Shown piece after piece: positions 23,850 through 34,600 of a DNA stretch of 64,000 nt. The notes beneath the pieces are model-generated. The model worked only from the letters and a program-made list of their open reading frames with translations. It did no database searches and was not told the DNA's origin. Both the position numbers and the translations under genes were made by a program. How positions within the stretch are numbered: the first letter of the stretch is position 1; the number at the start of each line of letters is the position of its first letter. The stretch covers positions 9,970,275-10,034,274 of the forward strand of contig NC_134032.1 in assembly GCF_964204645.1 (NCBI RefSeq), given 5' to 3'. The stretch comes from Tubulanus polymorphus (lineage: Eukaryota; Animalia; Nemertea).

Positions 23850-25386
23850 ATGGATTCAGCTATAGTAACGGTAAGTTGATTTTATATCACAAGTCCTTTG
23901 TGTGAGGTTCTCTACAGGGGGTCATGGAATACGGAATACTAATTTGAAGTGGAATACAGCATAAAAAGCTGAAAATTGTCGATTTTGCTGAAATTCTTGG
24001 AATACAAGGAGAAAACTGTCTTGTTTTGCCATCGGAATACGGAATACAGGGATATTTTCCAGATTACATATGCCAAATTCCTTGGAATACAGCATACAAA
24101 CACCCTGTCGAGAGCCTCTTGTGGTTTCCTGTCTTCGCACTGGGCATAAAATATCTTGGACGAGTTTCTTGTTGCTGACTGGCCGCCATTAATGCATGGT
24201 TCCCAGCTTACCGGGAAAACGGGAAAAGTAGGGAATTTAAAAATTGAATTCCCGGTTGGGAAAAGTCAGGGAATTGATCAAAATTTGATAGAATCCGGGA
24301 AAAAGTAGGGAATTACAAAAACTCTGTTCAGATAGTCATGTCAGTTGATTGGTATATGATGTTATATGTAAATCTGTACAATATTTCTTATGGCTATTAT
24401 CTTTATTACAGGTGCCTGATATTGACACAGCATATGAAAATATTTCCCGCAGGAGAATCAGTCAATTGCGTATTCCGCCGACCAGTTTTGGACAGTTCAC
24501 TGTCGTGGAGAAACATTCTGCTGAAGTTGGTGATCTTTTAAAGTATCCGTCCATTCTGCCAGAAAATGTATGCACCACTCTTATCAAGATATTGGACTCC
24601 AAGCCCAATCATATTGTTAAATTTTCGCATTGTTCATATGATCGTGGAGCTCTTTCTTTCTGTCGTATTATTCAAAGTTGGCGTCAGATACAAATTGAGG
24701 TTGAGAGGGAGGATACCTGGTTTAAAACCCTCAAGAAAAAGATATGGTATACCAAAGAAATGGATGGACACCTGAGCAAGTATCATAGCATTGTAAACAA
24801 TTCCCCATACAATTCCTCTCTTGGTGAGCCATTATCCTACCTGTCACCCATGAACCTGTGCAGGTTTTCTTGCTCCAGTTGGTACAGCGAATTACAGTTT
24901 AATGCTATTGGCTATATACTGAACGAGAAGACCGAAAAACTGTATACATTTCCGATTGGGGATAAAGCTGTTTTAAAGGACAGTTACAGTTATTATGTTA
25001 TGTTTTGTATTGTTAATTTTGACAATGTAACTTCTGTTATTACTGATGATCATACTGGCAAACACTGGACATTTGTATTATATGACAAAGTAAATAATTG
25101 TATATATTATGGCGACAGCTTACTGTGGCCAATTCCAATCAACATAGTTCAATATGTCAGTGGTAAAGTTGGTTTGACCATGGAAGGTACTACAGTAGTC
25201 CCCTTGCATCAGACACATCATGGACGGAATGTAAGGACACATGCATGTACTGACGGTTGCTATGGATATCCTATCCAACTGGATTCTAGCTCATGTGGCC
25301 CTATTGCCCTTGCATTCGCAGTGTATCTGGTAAAAAATGAATCTAGTATTGAACAATGGGTTTCGAGCTCTTCTATGTTGAAATAA
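23850..25386 (+). CDS. Ulp1/SENP-like (peptidase C48-type) cysteine protease; join(23850-23870,24412-25386)
   Basis: HWTFVLYD...YYGDSL...IQLDSSSCGPIAL gives the His-Asp-Gln-Cys catalytic order of C48 proteases; upstream exon MDSAIVT|GTAAGT splices in phase 0 to ttacAG|GTG. Confidence 0.8.
23916..24106. mobile_element. small CAGGG...CCCTG-ended MITE with internal GGAATAC repeats
   Basis: termini and six or more GGAATAC units seen; lies in the Ulp1-like intron. Confidence 0.5.
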
Positions 25387-28300
25387 TTGAAATCAGCCTT
25401 GAAAATCCTTTTTTTTATAGCCTTGAATTTGGGGTATCCTTGATACTATAAAACCTGGAATAGGCCATTGACAATCAGTTTGTATATAGTTACTGCAGCA
25501 ATATTAATTAAACTTTTTCTGTCTCTTGTGGTATATAACAATCATGGGCGTATGAGACATCTCTCTTATGCTCTAACGAAGTTGAAATGTGTATTATTGT
25601 TATTGATATATATATGTTAATATTTTATTATTAAGTAAGTGTCAAAAAGAAAACGTTGACAATCTGTTTAGGTTAGTTTGTATATAGCAGGGATGCAGGA
25701 TGTTGGTATCAAATCCATGTTTAAGTAGAATCCGGTTACCTCGGATCCGTTTAACTGGGATTCGCTTAGCTCGGACTGAAATTCCGGTCGATGCTTATAA
25801 GTACTGATGGCAATTTGAAAGAAATATTAGACTTCCATGACACAAACTTAATTAAAAATGTTGAAAAAATTTTATCCTCACCAACATTTGCAAAATGGGT
25901 ATTTTTTAGGGATAACAGGGGCAGGGTTATGCTATATATTAATGAATGTAATGTAACCATCTAAAAGGCTATTTTTGTATTAATTTAATTTTGTAATATT
26001 TTTGTATGCGTTTCTGATGCCATTTGATATTGAATAAACCTTCAATTTGCAGTTCTTTCTTAAGTTTCTTTTATCAAATTATTATCTGAGATATTTTTTG
26101 GATGATGTGATCTGTGTGGATTTTACTCTCATAAAATTTATATCATTACTGTTTGTGTGTGACTACAGGGCCATCAAAATGCAGCAGATGATATTTCGGC
26201 ATTAAAAAGTCACGTGATGCATGTGAACATGTTGTAAACGCTACAACAAAATGGCGGACCTGGTGTGAAAAAAAAATTCGCCACGGCGCTGGAGCATATT
26301 AAGTTGATCGAACCACCTGGTGTCTTCCAATACCACCGCCTAGTGGGCTCAAATTCAAGTTCAAATATACTTTATTGATACTCATCAATTATACTTAATT
26401 GTTACTTTATTCAATACTTTATTGATCCCAGCACTGCAAATACATCGGATTTCCGCAATTAAGTAGACAGAACAAAAATAAAATTAAGAATCTTTTAGTA
26501 TTCAGAAAACAACGTACCTGTTATTTTTCAAGTTTAATTAGCAATGAGATAATTTTTTGCGACACTCACGGATGATGCGCATTCCCTTTCTGGAAGGCTG
26601 ATCGGCTCTACCCTGAAAAATTAATTTCTGAATCGACGTCCCGTAATGATGAATACTATTTTTAGATCCCCTGATTTCAAAATTCAAAAATATAGATTTA
26701 TATGAACCTTAGGTCTATCTACCCTTGTAATTAACAATTTATTCGAAAGCAAAGATCTTGCATTCGAGTTTATTCATTTTAAGCAGTTTCTTTATTTCAA
26801 GCCGCCGAATTGATTGTCTAAATCTCTTTGCTCTTCTCGTCACTTGTATTCAATTAAATTTTCTATTCTCATTCTACAATTTGTACGTGAATACTATCAA
26901 CGGTAGCATTTGTTTCTTTTCATTTCGTTTTTCATAATGATTTTGTAATATTTAAATCTTCATTTTATCGCGACGGGTGCTTCCGCTTTTAAACTGTTCG
27001 TTTGTTACTTCCGATTTTGTAATCTTCATTAATTTATTCATTCTTTATGACTTCTCTCTCTCCAAAATCGGAATAATTGTATCCTTAGATACAATAGGAT
27101 CTTGATTTTAATGACTTTGCAAAACCACCTGTCGCAGTATATTTCCTTTTAGAAATATACCTTGTTTGGAATTCCCTTGAACCTGGGGTACGCAGTTTGT
27201 TCTCTAATTGGCATTAAAACCAGAGTAGTATATAGACCGTGGGTTCCAAACGGGGGACACCTCTGTTGATCCAGCATCATTCAATAGATTGGGTTGGAAC
27301 TTAGATGGTTATAGTATATTCAGAATATATTTCTATACCGGGTATTCAGCATCTGAACCACATAATCGTTACCAATAGCCTTGATTCGAAACACGATGTC
27401 ACCTGTTTATTTGTGTGGAGTTTTCTTCGAAAATGAAATGAAAAATGTAATGGTTTTTGATAGATATGGAGGGGGGGGGGGGGTGAGTACAATAAAAAGA
27501 AGAAAAACTATTAGTAGGAGTTTGGGTGCAAAGCGAAGCGCAAATTCATCCAGAACTTTAATTCCAACGCCTCAACCAGAGGGGCATCCTGATCAACTGA
27601 TGAGCCGCGATCACGCGAGCATTTTTGGTCCGGCCCCGCAGTTTATATAGCGAAGATGGATTGTAAGTTGAGTGACCCCAATAGTAAGATAATATATACG
27701 AAATGCAACACATGGTTGTTTGACCATACTTGTCGCACGTGTTGTTGTGCCATAATACCTCTTTTTGGTTTATAGATAGTATCTGATATGTGATACTACT
27801 TTATGCATTGCAGGATCGATTGATTTTTTTGTAGAGACCCGCCAGTTTAAAGAAAATGGATTACGGGCGTAAGTAAGTTTAGTGACCCAGTTAGATAATA
27901 CGAAATGCGACGCTTTGGTTCGACCATTCTTATCGTTCGTGGTGTCCTGTACAGATTATTGCATCTGGGTGTATTCGTGCATTTCTGGTATAATGCGCGC
28001 GCACATATCTTCCGTAAAAATCAGACATTATATCATACCTCTTGTGAATATACACGACGATATATTCGGAATGGAATCGCGCTGAAACTTATTCAGGATT
28101 GATATGAACTATTCTCAAAAACAGAACTGTAAACTGTTCTCAAAAACTGAACTGTTATTCACAAGACATTAAATGGATTTAAACGGACTTAAATTGACTA
28201 GGAGTAGCCTATCACTAGATTCGTACATTACACACTCAGGATTGGATAAACTGTAAGTTAGAAAAACATTAACAGCTGAAATTATGTTTTACGGGTTTAG

Positions 28301-30607
28301 TTAGTTTTAGGAACTTACTCGGTGAGTTAGTAAGTTGTAGAATTGCATGGGAATTAGTAGGCCTACAATTTCGAATGAAATGCATTAGTTTAAAGTAAAG
28401 AAGTTTTTGGGTGCTACGCATGGGGGTCCTGGGGCTTGGGTCTGCAACATCAGATGAAGAAAGCGGTTTGTTTATCATTTATGCTTAAAATCATTGTTTC
28501 AGGGCCTGTATTTCATGCTTTTTTCCCAGGGTTTCTCTCTATTTTCAGGTGTTTTTCTCTTATTTCCGAATTTCCGTTTTTCGAGTCCATTGTTTTATTA
28601 GACAACGGCGTTTATGTAAATACATCAGGTTGAAATAAACACGACAATTTCAGGGTCATCGCCGGGACAAGACCCCCTAGGCCCCAGAAAGTACGAGTCT
28701 ACACCTCAAACACACAAGCTTGAAAAACAGAGTGGCCTGATTCAGGTGCGGCCTGTATGTTCTATTTCAGTGAGAAGAACAAGACCCACCAGTCACAGAA
28801 TATCGAACCCGAAGTTGAATGATGATGACAGAGTGACTGAAGAATTCCGGTGTGACCTGTATAATAATGTCTAATAATTCATATATATTGTATTTCAGTA
28901 TCCCTTCACACCCTACCCTCACCTTACATACCACGGTAGGCCTCGATGGGTTCAGTTAGAATAGTTAGTTGATAATTCGTAAATCAGAACATTATTTCAG
29001 CTGTTGATATGAAAGTATATATTATATTCTGTATGTATTACAGTTGTAATTTCGAGTGGAACTTTTCAAAGAAAAAAGTTGCATTTATTTACGATTGAAC
29101 CCGATTGAAAATGTTTAACAGTTTGTGGGTTAAGTGTGATTTGAGTAAGATGAAGAGTGGAACAGTTGAACTCTACTTCTTATGTTAATACAAATGACAT
29201 TTACTTACAACTGGTTTCACGTTAAGACAGGACCCACCCAACCCCACCCGGTCGAGTAAATATTCCTGAGTTACATAGTTTCTGGTTTGTTTATTCGGCT
29301 TAATGGAGTTATTGATATCTGGGCTGATTTTAGTCGTGCTGTTTTTGATGTCGATATTTGTCTCGCGTATCTTTAGAAGATGCGTTTTAATGAAGTTGAA
29401 TTTAGTTTAATCGACATTTAAAATCAGCAGATGATTATTATATAGAAATCGAAAAGAAGTTTCTAAATAAGTTCAAATACGTTAGACAAATTGTTGCCTA
29501 CACGTGGCCTATTTCATCAATTTACGGGTAATTTGAACTTTTTTGGAATTCGTAGATATGCCTTAAATGCTGTATATTTTCATTTTGCGAGGTTTTTGTA
29601 ATTTTCTCTGGGGTCTAAATTGCATTTCGGCGCTTAACCCCCTCTGGCGGATTTTCTCCGAACTAAAATCACAATAGATCATTTGTTAAGATTTTCATAT
29701 GGTCAGCCATATGAAAATCTTTTGCCTGCGGCAGTGGAAGGATTCTTTCTCTGACAATTGATGGTATAGTAGAGGACAGGTATTTAACTGTAAACAATGT
29801 GGTTATTAGTTTACTAAATTATTTTTAAGCCTGACTATAAAGTGGTTGTTCCGGGCTCGAACCCTGTTCATTCGTATGATTCACTTGGCTCGCGGGAGGG
29901 AAAAAATTTTCTCCGAAAAATTACAGAACATTTCAGAATTTTATTTTCTTGTATCCTCAGGACGCTTCCCCGTTCTGCGCCAAAATTCATGTCGAATTTT
30001 CGTCGAATCGGCCTTTTGCCTTTGATACTGATGAAGATACATCAATTTCTCTTTTCATTATTGTCCAAACACAAAGCAAACACAAGTAAAATGTTTTTTC
30101 TTTTTATTTGAATATATATGCGTTTTATTGGTATATTCTTAACAATATATACTCCGTCGTACAAAACACTTACACTGGGACGCGAGGGACGGGTTTTCTT
30201 TAAAGAGCCCGAAAAAGGACACATCGAGAATTTAGACGACTTCGACCGTTTTCGATTTCGGGGTAGAAAATATATATAGAAAATCTCGCCGATAATCAAT
30301 AATCTGAGTACGAATTAAACTACGATCGTTGGGGATACTACACGTGACGTCACGATACGATAACTTATTTACGACAAGCACGGCGGTGAAATAGCAGCAG
30401 CGGTTTCGCGAAATACGTCACATATTATTCGTTAAGCACGTCATACAACATGCGTCCAAATTCTGTCTTAAGATTAGAGAGCTAATTTTGAAGAAAGAAT
30501 TTTCTAATTCTAGCCTGCCATAGATTTAGAATAGGTACGTATATGAGTATACTTTTCGCCCTGTCAGATATGATATAAAGAACTTTCCACTTATCGTAAT
30601 GTAACTA

Positions 30608-31031
30608 CAGGGTCCCTACAGATCAGTCATTCCTGGATATAAGGAGTTTTCAAGAGCATTTCGAATTTCGTGGAAGCGCCTGCATCACTTTCATATCCCA
30701 ATTACAGTAGACTCCTCCGAAGTCGGTACTGTTTATCTCGGTAAACCGTTTATTCGGTGGTTTTGTAAGCAAATTCTTATCCCTAACACTACCTAAACTC
30801 GGTTTCTATAATCCGGTAACCGCCTAATATAGTAAAAACAAATCCAAACTGCACCGATTAAGGCGTAGTCTACTGTATAACTACAAACATCTCTAAGAGC
30901 CTATTTCTCAAAATAAGAGTTTCAAAGGAGTTTCAGGCATTTTGCTTAAATTAAAGATTTTCGAGCACCTTTGAAAGCATTTTCGTTTAGGAAGGAGTTG
31001 TTTTAAGGAATCGAGGAATCGCAAGGACCCT
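30608..31031. mobile_element. dispersed repeat (second copy ~42536-43022) containing a nested Tc1/mariner-type MITE at 30705-30875
   Basis: long alignable blocks between the copies; inner TA|CAGTAGACT...AGTCTACTG|TA. Confidence 0.75.
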
Positions 31032-31220
31032 AAATATTTATAAACTACAATGATTACATTCACCGATTATACAAAATTAAGCAAACACAATTTACCCACA
31101 AAATTCCACCATTGTTTGATATAAATGTATTGGTTTTGGATTCGGCTTGATGAATTGATTTCACCGTTTCGATAATCTAAGATAAATTCGATAATCAAAA
31201 TAGGTGAATTTATCAAATTT

Positions 31221-31447
31221 TGATGAACACAAGTATTATCCCACGATACTAAAATGACTAATGAGTTATTAGAAAATATTAGAAATATTTCGGGTGGTTC
31301 CCTAACGCCCTTCTTCAATCTAAAAAGCCTCTTCGACCTGCTTCATTTGAGACTGAAGAAGGGCGGTAGAAACCAACCGAAATACTTCTAGTATTTTGAA
31401 TAGACTTTTAGTCATTCAACTCAGGTGGGATGCTAATTGTTTCATCA
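31221..31447. mobile_element. ~100-bp inverted repeat pair, Penelope-like, with hammerhead-like cores
   Basis: arms 31221-31321 and 31350-31447 are reverse complements with mismatches; CTGAAGA...CCGAAA core. Confidence 0.55.
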
Positions 31448-31654
31448 CGCATATAGATAATAGTTCAATATTGATCGTTGTGTGAATGGCTATTTTTTCA
31501 TGAAATGAATACGTATGCGCTTCATGCGCGTTGTGCGGTTTGGTATTTTATCGCCAGGGGTCGCGGGAAGTAGCAATTAAATGGAATATCATGTGTCGTT
31601 GTTTCTTTAGCAGCAGGTTGTTTTGGTGTTTATTTTGATGACGTCACGCTCAGA

Positions 31655-31683
31655 TCACCGGTAGCAAAGCGTCCTCGTAAACT
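31655..31683 (-). CDS. calmodulin-like terminal exon (EFTRTLCYR*)
   Basis: ttccAG acceptor, phase 1 completes the EF4 Glu; TGA; AATAAA ~20 nt downstream. Confidence 0.85.
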
Positions 31684-34600
31684 CTGGAATGAATAGTGAA
31701 ATGACATTTATCAGAGAATGCAGGCGTTTTTTGGGAAGATTATTACAATATTCGCCAATGAGGCGATGATTAGTCTGCGTAGTCTGATATTCAACTTCAG
31801 GTTTCTCACTAGAGGGCGTCGCTGCAGCTTTCTCAGTGGTATTTCCACCTCATAATGGCTATACTATGCAATCATAGGTAAGAAGCGACACTGAATGCGT
31901 TACCAATAGGAGGCGACACCATACAATTCTCACTAGAGAAGACACGGGTTCACCGCTAGGTGGTGACGCTGTTGGCTTCTCTGTTGGAGAAAAAGGGTTC
32001 TCTGTAGAACCTTCTAGAAGGTCCACTAATGGGTGGCAATACAGGGTCTTACTAATCGAAAGACGGAGAAAGATCTTCAGTAGGACCGATAGTTCTCACT
32101 AGGGGGCGGCAATGCATGTTCGCAGTGTGATGACTTATTCTCAAAAGATGGGGACAGAATGAGTCTTTGATTTAGGGCGTACCATTGTGCCACTTTTGGA
32201 AATTGGCTGATAGTGTGAATCGCGGTCGATTCCTATGATATGCCTTTTTTGAAAAAGTGCCCCTACTTCAGCGCGCTAGTAAAAATTGGACCCCGGTCGC
32301 GCCGCTGTATTTAGGATAGGGGCGACACTTCTGGGTTCCCACTAGGGGGCGTCTTACCGTCGTAATTAACTCGGCCGTCCCCGTCACGATCCGCCTCTCT
32401 GATCATCTCCTCGACCTCGGCGTCCGTCAACTTCTCCCCGATCTGGGTCATTACAGTTCGCAGTTCATTAGCATCGATATAACCGTTACCATCCCGATCA
32501 AATACCTGTCGAAACAATGACCGATTACACCGGACAAGACAATAGACTTTTCAAAAATCTGTTTAATTTTGCCGCGAACTAATTAGTTTTTAGCTTTTAT
32601 TTCTGTCTTTGTGAGAATGTGTATTCGGGTATTCTACTAGTACGAGACATGGGTAAATCGTTTCTTGAGAGCGAAATTAATCTAGATTAATCAATTTTCC
32701 AAGCGAAAGCTCGGTAACTGTCGTACGGCAACACAGCGAGACATCGAAGCGGATAAAAATAGGCTGTAAAGCCTTCTATGGATCCGTCGATTGATGATGA
32801 CGATGATGGTGATGATGGTCATCGTATTTTTTAACAACTTTTTCACCAAGGGAAGGGCATTGTTAGCGGGCTCGATATATCTTTTTCGTAATAAGTTAGA
32901 GACCAGAGATGAAATTTCGAGGGCATCGCAGCGCATCGTATTCGTCTACATAAAACGTGGTTTTAGTTCAGCGAAAATCCAACAGAGGGGGTTTGACATC
33001 GGAATACCCTTTTGACCCTAGAAAAAACAACAGTAACCTCCCGAAATCATAACGCACAGTATTGTTAATATACCTATGAATTACAAACATATTCAAATTA
33101 CTCGAAAATCAATTATTTAGGCAACGTAATTATATGTCTAACGTTTTTGAGCTTACAAAGAAACGACTGTATTTTATCTGGAAATCATGGAAATTTTTCG
33201 TTACAGTGCGCGGGAATATAATGGTCGTTTCTAAATAAGTTCAAATACGTTAGACAAATAATTATGTTGCCAAAGTAGTTAATTTACGAGTAATTTGAAT
33301 GTATTTTGAAATGGGAATATAATGGTCGTTTCTAAATAAGTTCAAATACGTTAGACAAATAATTATGTTTCCAAAGTAGTTAATTTACGAGTAATTTGAA
33401 TGTATTTTGAATTCATAGATGCACGTATTTAAAAACTTTGTATATACATTATTTCTTGAGGTTTTTGTAGTTTATGTAATTGTACCCCCTCTGTTGGATT
33501 TTCACTGAACTAAAACCACAATAGATCCTTTGTAAAAAGAATTCACACATATTTTCATATCGTAATCGTGAATGTGAGTCGATAATGCTACTGTGGCAGT
33601 TCTTGGAGTAATCATTTGATTACTCCAAGGGCAGTTGAAGGATTCTTTCTCTGGCAGTCGAGGGTACGGGTTTGGTACAGGCATGTTAATGTTTATACTG
33701 TATTCTATTGATGAAATATCTATAAAATCAATGACGTATTCATCGAAACAGTGATTTCTAAATTTTTAATGAAGGAAATGATCTTGGAACACAATTGTAA
33801 CTGGTTTAGATGCTGAATAGAGGATAAACGTGTGTTTTTCCAAGTTCGAACCCCGATTTATTCACGTGTATGAAAATACCGTACCTTGAACGCCTCCCTC
33901 ATCTCTCGCTCCTCGTCAGCCACTTCCATGTACTTACGCGACATTAAATTCAGAAACTCGTCGAATTCGATACTGCCATTTCCTGGAATAGTTATTATTA
34001 TTAGCTACGTATATCATACGTCATTTCGGCCCATAATCCCGTGAACACCCGTGACATTTGCTGCATGAAAGATTGTACGTCATCAGTAGGTCGTTGTAGG
34101 TCAATTTTAAAGGAAATCATACGCACAAAGCTAAGGCAGATGAAAAAGGATAGGAAACATCCTTTGCTCGGTTGGGATCAGGGCTGCGGTAGGGACCGAG
34201 ACTAAAGTGACCCCTCGGGTAGAATAGAAGATGAGCTTAACGCTGATGCCGAAGCGACACCTAATGAGTAGAACTTAACCATAATTTATTGACAGCAGCG
34301 ACCCCTGGTGAGACGCTGCATTATCTTGGCAATACGAATATAGGAATATATTCATTACACTCCAACCAATTCCATGAGGAAAACAAGAGTATTTACAATT
34401 ATTTACAAAAGATAGAATGTAAAAGCATCTTAAAAGAATATTACAGACGTTGTTAACAACATCCCACAATACAGAGGTGACCTCTAGTGAGTAGAAAGCA
34501 GACGATAATTCCCTCATCGCTTCAACAGAAGCGACACCTAGTGAGTAGCACATACACTAAATGTCATTGACAGGGTGACCACACTAGCAGGAAGAAGAGA

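Larger units (their letters stand above)
22780..26292. mobile_element. putative DNA transposon derivative carrying a Ulp1-like protease gene
   Basis: inverted repeats cagcgcc..gcgaattttttttcacacca.gtc (22780-22823) and gac.tggtgtgaaaaaaaaattcgccacggcgctg (26257-26291) bracket the ORF; exact ends and TSD not resolved. Confidence 0.55.
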
